The notes under the pieces: model-generated | Database searches by the model: none | What the model was told of the DNA's origin: nothing | The model's input: the letters and a program-made list of their open reading frames with translations, nothing else | From: Lytechinus pictus | Taxonomy: Eukaryota | Length of the DNA stretch: 64,000 nucleotides | Direction of reading: 5' to 3' | NCBI RefSeq assembly: GCF_037042905.1 | Contig: NC_087250.1 | Location: 8,868,001-8,932,000, forward strand | In this document: positions 51,922 through 64,000 of the stretch, one piece after another | Position numbering within the stretch: the first letter of the stretch is position 1 | Layout: the number at the start of each line of letters is the position of its first letter | Made by a program: the position numbers and the translations under genes

Positions 51922-52525
51922 TATGGAGGAGAAGAGGGGGATGTCTAGAGGGAGCAGTCCTTCTTGTGAGAAAATTAATTAATTAATTAAAAATAGAAGA
52001 AAAAATACACTACCGAAGTCGGGGGGGGGGGGAGGGTGGTAACAAACGGAAAGTAAAATGGAAAAATTTTATGAAATCATTTGCTGGATATGTTAAAAAT
52101 CTGTCCGATTATTATACTACATTGTTTGGAAGATTAAACATGTTACTCTCTTGCGAATATCTTTACATTTCTCCCAGTACGAGATCTGCTCCCCAAAACT
52201 TTTGACTAACAGGAATACCGCTAAAACATGTACTATGCGTCTTGCATTCCACATTCCCGACCTTTCGTTGGAGAACGCGAACGCTTATTTACGACGTAAG
52301 TTGATTTTGGAAGAGACTTTTGGGCCCGTCGTCATGGTCGTAAAACTCTGTCCTGCAATGCAAATTGTGAGACGCGAGATTTTGTTTCGTTTCGCATCTG
52401 CAACGGAAATATTTAACATGCGTTTCGTGTGCAAATTCTGGTTGCTACTATGGTAACAGCGATATATCCGATCTAGGACGACTTTCCAAAGCAACATTTG
52501 GTTCCTCCCAGAGCTCGAGAGGCCG

Positions 52526-52827
52526 CCCGGGGGCCCCACTTCCATTGAAGAGTGGATACCAGGCGCGACCACGCGTAAAAAGGGAAAGAGTGGGCGAGTA
52601 CTTTACGTATAAGCCTATGAAACGTTATAAAGGGTGTCAAAAACGATGTTTAAAATACTGAAAAGGAGGATATGTTGCCAATACTTATAGAGTTTCACAA
52701 TCTAAGTACTTGTTAAGAGATGCATTTTCATAATCTGGAAAAGCCTTGCTTCCCTTGTTTAGGGTGCTTTTCGAAACAGCATGGTCGTGCCTGGTATCCA
52801 CTCATCAATGGAAGTGGTCCCCCCGGG
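52526..52827. mobile_element. MITE with CCCGGGGG termini
   Basis: ~45-bp TIR CCCGGGGG..CCACTTCCATTGA.GAGTGGATACCAGGC.CGACCA. Confidence 0.7.
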
Positions 52828-53404
52828 AATTCGAATCTAATCCCCAATTTCTGGGGAAAGTAAAACATAATGCCCATTACGTTGTTTGCTAGAGGCATAT
52901 CGTTTGTGTAGGAGTAAACAAAAGAAAAAACCCGTGTTCAGACGTATACATGCTGTGTACATAATCAACGCATGCGAAATGGTTTCGGCTGGAGAGGTGA
53001 TTTGACCCATGGAATCAATTGCCAGAGATACACCAATAATCCACATTAAATGCAATATCGATTCGATGGACTGTAATGATCTATATCTAAGCCTTAATCC
53101 AGTAACTTTTTCCTCACTCAATATGTACTCGATTTGTTTGAAAAACCACTTTCTTATCCATGTCATATTATTTTGTAGGTCCTGCATTTCGAACATCTCC
53201 AGCCATCAGTCGTAATGTACATGCATGTATGGTGCGGGTGTCGCGGGAAATAATTTTGCACACGAAAAGCAGATCTGTAGGGCCTGTAACCCCCCTGTAA
53301 CACAAAGCTTAGCATTGATCGTAGAGCAGTTTTCTACGTTTGCTTCTATTGACTATAATGTACAATCAATCTTAAAAATCAAGTGTATGATTAAGCGTTA
53401 ACTT

Positions 53405-56345
53405 CACCCAACATACCTACTCTCATCCCACACACCTACTGTCAACCACCCTCCACCCCTACACACCTACTCTGACCCAACCCCACCCCCACACACCTAC
53501 TCTCATCCACCCTCCACCCACACACACCCACTCTCACCCACCCTCCACCAGCACACCTATTCTCACCCACCCTCCACCCACTGGCCTACTCTCACCCGCC
53601 CTCCACCCCACACACTGTACACTCATCCGCCCTCCACCCACACCCACCTACTCTCATCAGCCCTCCAACCCACAACCTACTCTCACCCACGTTCCACCCA
53701 ACTCACCAATTTTTACCCACCATTCAACCATACACACCTACTTTCCCCCACCCCCAACCCACACACGCCTATTCTCATCCCCCCTCAACCCCACACACAT
53801 ACTCTCATGCACCCTCCACCAACACGCCTACTCTCATCCACCCTCCACCCTACACACCTATTCTTACCCACCCTCCACCCCACACACCTATTCTCACCCA
53901 CCCTCCCCACACCTACTCTCACCCACCCTCCACCCCATACACCTACTTTCATGCACCCTCCACCCACACACACCTACTTACATCCTCCCCACACATCTAC
54001 TCCCCTCCACCCACACACACCTACTCTCATCCCACACATCTACTCTCATCCACCCTCCACCCCACACACCTACTCTCCCCCACCCTCCACCCCCACACAC
54101 CTACTCTCATCCACCCTCCACCCCACACACCTACTCACCCCCACCCTCCACCCACACACACCTACTCTCATCCCACACATCTACTCTCATCCACCCTCCA
54201 CCCCACACCCACCAACTCTCATCCACCCTCCACCCCACACCCACCTACTCTCATCCACCCTCCACCCACACACCTACTCTCCCTCACCCTCCACCCACAC
54301 ACACCTACTCTCATCCCACACATCTACTCTCATCCACCCTCCACACCACACACCTACTTTCATGCACCCTTCACCCACACACACATACTTACATCCACCC
54401 CACACATCTACTCCCCTCCATCCAAACACACCTACTCTCATCCATCCCACGCATCTACTCCCCTCAACCCACACACACCTCCTCTCATCCCACACATCTA
54501 CTCTCATCCACCCCACACATCTACTCCCCTCCACCCAAACTACTCACATCCACCCTCCACCCAAACACACCTACTCTCATCCACCCTTCACCCAACATAC
54601 CTACTCTCATCCCACACACCTACTGTCAACCACCCTCCACTTCCACACACCTACTCTGACCCAACCCCACCCCCACACACCTACTCTCATCCACCCTCCA
54701 CCCACACACACCCACTCTCACCCACCCTCCACCAGCACACCTATTCTCACCCACCCTCCACCCACTCGCCTACTCTCACCCGCCCTCCACCCCACACACT
54801 GTACACTCATCCGCCCTCCACCCACACCCACCTACTCTCATCAGCCCTCCAACCCACAACCTACTCTCACCCACGTTCCACCCACACTCACCAATTTTTA
54901 CCCACCATTCAACCATACACACCTACTTTCACCCACCCCCAACCCACACACGCCTATTCTCATCCCCCCTCAACCCCACACACATACTCTCATGCACCCT
55001 CCACCAACACGCCTACTCTCATCCACCCTCCACCCTACACACCTATTCTTACCCACCCTCCACCCCACACACCTATTCTCACCCACCCTCCCCACACCTA
55101 CTCTCACCCACCCTCCACCCCACACACCTACTTTCATGCACCCTCCACCCACACACACCTACTTACATCCTCCCCACACATCTACTCCCCTCCACCCACA
55201 CACACCTACTCTCATCCCACACATCTACTCTCATCCACCCTCCACCCCACACACCTACTCTCCCTCACCCTCCACCCACACACACCTACTCTCATCCCAC
55301 ACATCTACTCTCATCCACCCTCCACACCACACACCTACTTTCATGCACCCTTCACCCACACACACCTACTTACATCCACCCCACACATCTACTCCCCTCC
55401 ACCCAAACACACCTACTCTCATCCATCCCACGCATCTACTCCCCTCAACCCACACACACCTCCTCTCATCCCACACATCTACTCTCATCCACCCCACACA
55501 TCTACTCCCCTCCACCCAAACTACTCTCATCCACCCTCCACCCAAACACACCTACTCTCATCCACCCTTCACCCAACATACCTACTCTCATCCCACACAC
55601 CTACTGTCAACCACCCTCCACTTCCACACACCTACTCTGACCCAACCCCACCCCCACACACCTACTCTCATCCACCCTCCACCCACACACACCCACTCTC
55701 ACCCACCCTCCACCATCACACCTATTCTCACCCACCCTCCACCCACTCGCCTACTCTCACCCGCCCTCCACCCCACACACTGTACACTCATCCGCCCTCC
55801 ACCCACACCCACCTACTCTCATCAGCCCTCCAACCCACAACCTACTCTCACCCACGTTCCACCCACACTCACCAATTTTTACCCACCCTCCAACCATACA
55901 CACCTACTTTCACCCACCCTCAACCCACACACGCCTATTCTCATCCCCCCTCAACCCCACACACATACTCTCATGCACCTTCCACCAACACGCCTACTCT
56001 CATCCACCCTCCACCCTACACACCTATTCTTACCCACCCTCCACCCCACACACCTATTCTCACTCACCCTCCACACACCTACTCTCACCCACCCTCCACA
56101 CCTACTCTCACCCACCCTCCACACCTACTCTCACCCACCCTCCACACCTACTCTCACCCACCCTCCACACCACACACCAACTCTCATCCACCCTCACACC
56201 AACTCTCACCCACCCTCCACCCACACACGCCTAATCTCATCTACCATCCACCCTCACACACAACTACTCACATCCAACCAATCCACCCCCACAAACCCAC
56301 TCTCACCCATTTTCCCACCCACATACCTACTCTCGTCCGACACCC
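53405..56345. repeat. C/A-rich minisatellite (CCCACACACCTACTCTCATCCACCCTCCA-like) with ~1-kb higher-order repeats
   Basis: Marker ATGCAC(C)..CCACCAACACGCC recurs at 53807, 54992 and 55973. Confidence 0.95.
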
Positions 56346-56649
56346 TTCACCCCTTGCATTTTTACACATGCCTTGATTCTGTCACCAACTTTCACCCTTT
56401 CCTGCTAGGCTGGACGGATTTAATTTAGAATGAACACCTCACTCTATTATTGTTTTCTGATCGAAGGTCCAAAATGTAATCGAAAGAATCACAATTGTCA
56501 TGCTCAATTGCCGATCAGTTTCGTCTACTAGCATTTTCAGTTTAAATCAGGAAAAATTGAGTTGTTCATGCCATCAGACGGAATAAAATAAATTACGTCT
56601 TCCATTACTGCATTACATAGTATTTCTTTACTCCATTTTCCTATTGCAG

Positions 56650-56698
56650 ATGAATGAAATCACCATGACTCGGTTTGTAACACTCTTTGCGTTGAATG
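56650..56698 (+). CDS. Exon A of unannotated putative secreted protein (MNEITMTRFVTLFALN)
   Basis: Acceptor TTTTCCTATTGCAG|ATG, donor G|GTAAGA; 49 nt, ends phase 1; hydrophobic, signal-peptide-like. Confidence 0.55.
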
Positions 56699-56842
56699 GT
56701 AAGAAATTATTTCCGTTTGTATCGTTTCTTGCTTGTGTAATGACGGTGTTAACCTGTTGCGTCTCCTATCAAAATTAATATCATGCCCCCCCCCCCCGAA
56801 ACAAAAGAAAGTACAACACACCTACTGTCAACCACCCTCCAC

Positions 56843-58278
56843 CAGTGGCGTAGCTAGGATTTTTTTCCTGGGGGGCACTGGGGGGTCCTTGCTTTTTCAG
56901 GGGGGCACAATTTTTCCGTTGTGTGTGTATGTGTCACAAGGGCCGATCCGACTTTCGCCAATAGGGGACGGGGCCCGAAATTATCTTCACCTATAATTTA
57001 TTTCCCCCGATCAGTACTTCTTAGTTTTATTCTTATAAAACAACATAAACATGAAATAATCTCATAAGCCTTATAAAAAGTGCGAGCGCGAAGCGCGAGC
57101 GATTTTTTTTTAACTTTCATGTATTTTGTCCTGAAAATTTAATATTCTGGGCAATGTTATGTGTGATCCTGAACAAGATTCGTATGTGACTAGATGGTTA
57201 CTGCGAACGCCAAGCGCGAGCAGAAATTTTTATTAACTGTTCTAGCATTATCGAAAAGGGACCGGACTGCTTACAACTACCAACGAAGACGGTATATATT
57301 TCAATAATGCGAGCGCGAAGCGCGAGCAAATTTTTTTGACATTCCGACCTAAAAAATTGTCATTCTAAGCATTTTTTGTATTAATAAATGGGATAGGTAT
57401 GTAACTAAACAATTGTTGAGAGCGCGAAGCGCGAGAGGAAGAAAATTGATATTTTAGACCTAAAAGCGGGACACTCTATTCATATTTTGTAAATCATAAA
57501 TGGGATATAGTTAATTGGGTATCATTAATAATGCGATCGTGAAGCGTGAGCAGACAATTATTGATATTCTGATGTGAAACTGGATAATTTAAGTACATTT
57601 AATATAAAGAACATGCAGGCTATTTAGACCTAGAATCTGGGCAGTCTGAATACATTTGTTTAATGGAACATTATGGAATACACGTAGACAATAGGAACTT
57701 GGCAAATCAAACAATTTGACCACGCAGCGTGAGCTTAAAAATGCTGATATGTAGACTATAAAAGGGACATTTTACAGCTAGAGCACTTAAATTTGTTAAT
57801 GAAAAAAAAATGATGAAAGCTCGATGTACGAGCTAAAATAAAAGGGACATTTTACAGCTAGAGCACTTAAATTTGTTAATGAAAAAAAATTGATGAAAGC
57901 TCGATGTACGAGCTAAAATATATTTTGTATATTGACTTCAAAACTTGCTCCGTATCAGCCTATTGAGCAAGATATGAATCTCATCGAACAGGCAATTCTG
58001 GCGCGAAGCGCAAGCAAAAGTTTTATATAGTTACATGAAAGATTGGTTTTTTTTTGCAAGTCTTCCCTTCACATTATTTCATTCATTCGTCTTCCTCCTC
58101 TTATTTTCCTCCGTTTCTTTTTTTTCTTCTGTCTTTCTTCTTCTTTTCCTTTTTTCTTTTCTTCTTTCTCCTTTTTTTTTTTTTGGCTCTGCCATTTTTT
58201 TTCAGGGGGGGGGGCACACCAATCTCAGGGGGGGGGGGCACGGGACCCCAGCCCCCCCCCCCCGTAGCTACGCCACTG
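56843..58278. mobile_element. hAT-type non-autonomous element with GCGAGCGCGAAGCGCGAG internal repeats
   Basis: TIR CAGTGGCGTAGCTA / TAGCTACGCCACTG; 8-bp TSD CCCTCCAC/CCCACCAC (7/8 match). Related interior at ~61040-62160. Confidence 0.75.
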
Positions 58279-58628
58279 CCCACCACCCACACTTCTACAG
58301 TCAACCACCCTGATAGGAATTGCAGTTCTAGCTAACCACTACGCAGGCGCATTCTGAAACGTTGAGAATCTATTGAAAATGCTCGTCACATCACAAGGAT
58401 CTCCTTAGAAATCATTTAATTGGTGAACCGGGACAGCGGATACTGCCCGAAGATTCAGAGCTTACGAAAAATTGCAAATATATCATTTATCCAGACTAGT
58501 CCAGGACTGTTCTGAGTCACCGATTTTTGACAAAGGCTTCTTTGTTGTGAAGGGCTTTTGACAAAAAAATCTTAACCGTAGTGGCTGCGAAATCTTCCTA
58601 ACCTCAGTTGTACATATCTCTTTTACAG

Positions 58629-58751
58629 TTGTCCACGGTGACGTCTCCTGTCACCCTGTCATTGTATGCCCTACCGGGATCTTAGCCAATGGAACTGCCG
58701 TGAGGGAGCTACTGAAACTTGCCAACAAGGACATGTTGGAAGGCGCCAAAG
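58629..58751 (+). CDS. Exon B (VVHGDVSCHPVIVCPTGILANGTAVRELLKLANKDMLEGAK)
   Basis: Acceptor CTCTTTTACAG|, donor AAG|GTATGG; 123 nt, phase 1-1, open frame, higher GC than flanks; N-glycosylation sequon NGT. Confidence 0.7.
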
Positions 58752-59444
58752 GTATGGCGGAAGTCTTGAATCAGAGAGATATAGGGCGCCCTCTTGTATG
58801 TGCGATGCCAGGTTAGTGTACCCGAGGTAGGGTTGGTGTGTCACATTGACAAACGAAGGCAATCATGTTCAGGTCCAAATATTTGATTCCTATATAAACG
58901 CGTCTGAAATCAAAAAATAATAATGCCGCTGAAGAGGCTCTGTCCGTAGTCTCGTTCTAGACGATTTTAATGAATTCTGGGGCCCGTCTATCATAAAGAG
59001 TGATCCGATCAACCTCAACTGTATAGAAATTCATCAATATCATAATCTCTTTACAGGAAATTTGCACAAGATCCTTTGTAAACAAAGGAAAACACATTGA
59101 ATATTAATAATAAAAAACATCAGAAATAATGAATGTACAAATATAAGCAAATCTATAAAATATTTTGCAAAAAACCCCATGCATTTTAGAAATTGACGTT
59201 GCTTGTTTTCCATAGTTTTGATCAATCGCAACTCATTGTAAGACGGGACCCGGTTCACCGACCTACCGTCATGGCATGTGCATGATGATAATCGAAATTA
59301 GACTGTTCATTTTGATATTTCAAAAATATTCAACCTTCAGCTTCCATATTGATAAGGAAGATTTCATAATTTATTTGTAATCCACATCAACTGTGCCAAA
59401 CTTCACATATATATTATAAATAACTATGGATATAATATTTCCAG

Positions 59445-59531
59445 ATTGTATTCCTGATCCGTGCTATGGGGACATGAACATGTGTACCGAGACTGATACG
59501 GGATACATTTGCAGCAAGCCAGATGAGACTG
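59445..59531 (+). CDS. Exon C, EGF-like module (DCIPDPCYGDMNMCTETDTGYICSKPDET)
   Basis: Acceptor TATTTCCAG|, donor CTG|GTGAGT; 87 nt, phase 1-1. The C-x-P-x-P-C...C...GY-x-C spacing matches the first four cysteines of an EGF domain. Confidence 0.72.
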
Positions 59532-61442
59532 GTGAGTAAGAAGCTTAGCTCAGTTGGGAAGGGACTTGTTTCAATGTAACAAATAATACCAAGTCAGTGC
59601 AGGGCGATTGGCATAGCTACGGATTGATAATTCCGGTTTAATAACTGACTCATCTAATCCTAGGTTGTGAAAGCGATATCATTGTTTTCGCACTGGGACG
59701 CAGAACAATTTCAAGAACGCAGTAAATGTATTGAAAATGAAAATCAAATCACAATGAACAGCTGGGAGGTCTTTGTCGGAGTTTCGTCTTAAGTTTCGGA
59801 ACTGACAAAGAATTGCAATGTAGGTTGTGCAGAATTCAGAACGAAACCATTGTTTGGATTCATAAATTCTTGACCAAAAAGGGTTATTGACAACATATTT
59901 TGTATGTTCTTGAAAGTGTTTTGCGTCGCGGTGCGAAAATTCCAGATATGGCTCTCATAACCTAGTTGAAACTCCACGTATTCCAGCACCGATATGAAAA
60001 AAAAAAAAAATTCCACTGTGCCAGTTTGATTGAGATACGTTCGGTCCAGTCTTTCTTTTAAAAAAGAATCTTGTAGTGTCCTGCCATCGTAATATCAACA
60101 ATACATCCCCTTATTAAGAAAACAACAATAATAATAATGTGGCAATCCTCCTACTAAGAACAACGGGTCCTGGATGCTGGGGGGGGGGGGGGCGGCCTGT
60201 CCCTTGCCTATATCACTTTCATCCGTTGATGAATTACTAGCCATTCTTAATGCGAGCGGTTTCCATATATCTGCATATATGGCGTTATTTAGAGACCCGG
60301 GCGTGTTCCGCTTTCCCAAAATATATTATGTATATGCGGGTGGAGTGTTGAGAGGTAGTGTGAACAGGTGAAATGTAGAATAAGAGGGGATTTTATTGGA
60401 GCTGTACATTCTCTCTGGGGTACTTATACCAGAAGCGGATCTAGAGGGGGGGTTGGGGGGGTTGCAACCCCCCCCCCCAAAAAAAAAAAAAAAAAAATCC
60501 GGGGACCATTTTTTTAAATCTTATCTTTTTTTTTTAACTTGTAATTTTATTTTATTCTATTTCTATATATCTATTTCATTTTTCACACACAGATTTTCAA
60601 AAATTTTCCCTGCTGTGGGAGGGGGGGGGACACACCCCTCCCACACCCTCCCCCCTCGCTCGCTCCGCTCGCTTGGACTCGGTCGCTACGCTCCCTCGCA
60701 TACCACCCCAACCCCCCCTTTATAAAAAGCTGGATCCGCCCCTGTATACCATGTATACTGTAGTAGTCAGTCGGATTCCATAGATCACACAGGTTTGAGA
60801 CGATGAATACGTAGTGTATGACAACGGTCATAATTTAATTACACATCATCATTCACCATTTGTACAAGTCATCACAATTAACACCGTCACCAATTATCCA
60901 TTATTGTATTTGCAGCAGGGCACTGGGAACGATTTTTTTTTAGTGGGGGTGCTGAAATCTCTCCTCAAAGGTGGGGAGGGGGCACAATTTAGTCTTTCAT
61001 TGTTCTTTTATACACACACACATATATATATATAATAAGATAATTCGAGCGCGAAGCGCGATATTTTTTTTTGGAATTTTCATGTATTTTGTCCTGAAAA
61101 TCGAACATTTTGAGCAATGTTAGTGGTCCTGAACAAGATGCGTATGTAACAAATAATAAGCACGAGCAAATATTTTTAATTATACGATCTGGCCTAATCG
61201 AAAGGGACCTGTTATAATGACTGTTTGCAGTTACCCATGAAGACGATACATATATCAACAATCGTTGATCAAAAATGAGATTTCAGAACTAATAACATGA
61301 ATAACGGGACATTCTATTCATGTTTTGTAAATCAAGAAAAATGATGGGTAATTGGATATCCTCCTACATTAATAATGTAAGCGCGAAACGCGAGCAGAAC
61401 ATTTTTGATATTCTGATCTGAAACTTTATAATTTAAGCACTC

Positions 61443-61995
61443 TTAAAGGGCTACTCTAAACTGAATGTAATATGGTCTGAAAAGATAAAGAAAATTCAGA
61501 CGAACAACAGAATTAAGATTTGATCAAAATCAGACAAGGACTTGTGCATTTAAAAGATTAGCATTATTCCAATGAAACAGTTTTAGGCATGTCTTCATTA
61601 ATATTCAATGAGCAAATCGATGTTATAGCCCCACTTGTTCTTTTGTATTTTATTATATTAAATTAGGTGTTTACAATATTTTCCCTTCAAGAACCAAAAC
61701 AAATAAATTTACAACTAATTTTGTCCATTACATATTATTTGCTGCAACTAATTTCATTATAAGGGAGACATATCATTCACACTGGTATGAAAAAATGAAA
61801 CAATTTTGATTCAATGTAATAACATAAGAACCCACCTATTAAATATTCATGACGACATGCATTTCAAAGTTTTCACAAAATATTGCTAAACTTTAGAATT
61901 AAATAATTTAACTATTTGTTATCAGATTTTGATAAAATTTGTTTATTTTGATAACATGTATTTGATATAAATATTTTCAGCCCGGAGTACCCCCA
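61443..61995. mobile_element. Kolobok/T2-type MITE, family C, degraded
   Basis: TTAAAGGGCTACTC...TTTTCAGCCCGGAGTACCCC; interior similar to 18244-18853. Confidence 0.7.
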
Positions 61996-62791
61996 AAAGA
62001 AGTTGCGCATCTGAATGAACATGCGTGCGCGTGTTTAGATTTAGACCTAGTATCTGGGCATTCTCAATACATTTTTTTATCATAAAAATCAATAATGCGA
62101 GCGCGAAGCGTGAACAGAAAATATTTGATATTCCGATGTGAAAAGGAGTGAATTTAAACACTGTTTCAAGTACTCTGTCAGTGGGGGGGGGGGGGGGGGA
62201 GCGGTTTCTACAAAGCGTCGTTCATTTTCATTACAATTAATTCTGTCATTTATCATACCTACCAGATTTCTAGAAGGGGCTGCATAAAATAACACACGCA
62301 GCACCGCCAAGGAAAATTTTGGGCGGGTTTCAGCACTTCCGCTTCCCAGGGCCATTGGGCTGGGCGAAAAAGACTGTGAAATTTGATTTCTATTGTCTGA
62401 CTTGTAAGTCCAACCACACCCACGCCCCCCCTGCTATCAAGTAGTGTGTATGGTTAACAGGTATCGCACGCGACCACGTCTGTATCGGAGTGCCAGAGCT
62501 TGATTTAGTCGCGAAAGGAGGGCAAGGGATATATGTTATTGGAATATGTGAAAGTCAGTGGTAAATGATTTGTGATTGTCGGATGTGATAATTACGTACA
62601 TTATAACATATTAAAAAAATACAGGGGAACCTGATTTCGTGGGGGTGCTGCCTATGAAAAATAATACACGCAGCACCCCCAGGAAATTTTCTGGGGGGTG
62701 CTTCATCACCCCCAGCACCCCCCGCTTCCCAGGTCCATGATTTGCAGTAGTAGAAATTAAGCGAGCAATGTTCATTTCCAAACCTTTTCTT

Positions 62792-62942
62792 GATTCAGCC
62801 ACGGACCTACAACATGATTCAGCCATGGACCTACAACATGATTCAGCCATGGACCTACAACATGATTCAGCCATGGACCTACAACCTGATTTAGCCATGG
62901 ACCTACAACATGATTCAGCCAAGGACATACGATATGATTCAA
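62792..62942. repeat. 24-bp tandem repeat (GATTCAGCCATGGACCTACAACAT) x~6
   Basis: Direct inspection. Confidence 0.9.
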
Positions 62943-64000
62943 CCAGTGGGCGGAGAGTACCTAAGAGTGTTCGTCGTGGACCGACTCCGTCCTAGTACAC
63001 TATTCTGTGTAATCCCATAGGGTTTTTTTTTGCCAAAATTGATTTTGTGGTTGTTTTGGCTTCAATAGGGTCCCTTGAGACCAAACATGATGGGATTCAA
63101 ATTTTCAGACCCCTCCTTCCCTTCGTGGGGGTCCTTTTTGGCGCCATTTTGGCCTGTACCAAGCCCAATAGGATAAGCAATTGTTTTCACCCTTATTTCT
63201 CAATTTTTATCGCCAATTTTATTCTTAAGTTGTGTGAGGTGTACAAAAATGAATATTTGATGTTGTGATTTCAATGTTTTTCACTTTTACCATATATGGG
63301 GGAGGACTTAACGAAAAATGCCGAAAAATTGTAAAATATTACCCCCAAAAGTGTAATTTTCCCCCTTTTTGGCACTAGAAAACATGGTTAGAAAAAGATT
63401 ACAAAATTAAGTGATGTTGTGATTTAGGCTATCCTGACTGATGCAATATCTAATATTTCGTTTGCAATACTTTCCACATTGTTATTTTTATTATTATTCT
63501 TGTCAATAAATGAATATGTCTTTGTTATATAGTCCAATAACAGAGGAATACATCACATGTGATTTATATGATTATTCTTGTCAATTGATGTAAAAATCAA
63601 ACCCATTTCAGGAATCTATGTCGTGAAAACCTTACGACATTTCTAGATGGCGCCATAACTTATCATAATGATATTAATGTGGTACGGTATGTCATGACAC
63701 AGCTCCTGTAGATTTTTTTTGCCAAAATGATTTTTTTTTTCATTTGGATTCACTTAGGTCCAATTTATCAGGAAGTGTGTTCATCACTCCTGGTGCAGGT
63801 ATTGTCTGTTTAATGAGATATAACCATCTTTAAGGGAATTAAATGATTACCATTTTCACGTCAATATAATTATATCAAATATATCTCCTCGCACTTCGAG
63901 CTTTTACTATTTAATGTAGTGACATATGCTTCGTTTTTATGACTACTTAAAGTGATTGCCCCTAAAGGTCTTAATATAAAACAGTTCCAGTCCGTGCTTG

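Noticed and set aside
53807..56428. 873-aa H/P/T-rich ORF
   Set aside because: It lies entirely in a C/A-rich minisatellite whose G-poor unit rarely forms stop codons; no domain or splice context.
57758..57920. 80-bp tandem duplication
   Set aside because: Ordinary local duplication inside a hAT-type element.

Overview
AT-rich, intron-containing animal genomic DNA. The repeat types (Deu-domain-like SINE, Kolobok/T2, Sola-like, EnSpm-type and Harbinger MITEs, CR1/L2-group LINEs) suggest an invertebrate deuterostome such as a sea urchin; this is inference only. One complete, well-supported gene is present: MRI1 (methylthioribose-1-phosphate isomerase) on the minus strand, with 6 coding exons at 25767-38066 and all GT-AG junctions phase-consistent. 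It encodes 355 aa, or 374 aa with an N-terminal extension, and has a probable 5'UTR exon and promoter near 42.0-42.2 kb. A second gene, missed by the ORF track, is reconstructed by hand on the plus strand from three phase-1 exons (56650-59531). It encodes a probable secreted Cys-containing protein with an EGF-like module and probably continues beyond these exons. The rest is mostly non-autonomous DNA transposons (many nested, with readable TSDs), LINE and SINE remnants, and micro/minisatellites. The most interesting observations are: MRI1 has locally duplicated its own exon ends (a 3'UTR array built from the last coding exon, and a decoy copy of the exon-2 donor); an intronic RT ORF is stop-free once a MITE is removed but has two catalytic Asp changed to Asn; a Helentron-like element is flanked by a 100-bp duplication; and a tRNA-like cloverleaf sits between ~115-bp direct repeats. 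I see no clear evidence of a new multi-gene system.
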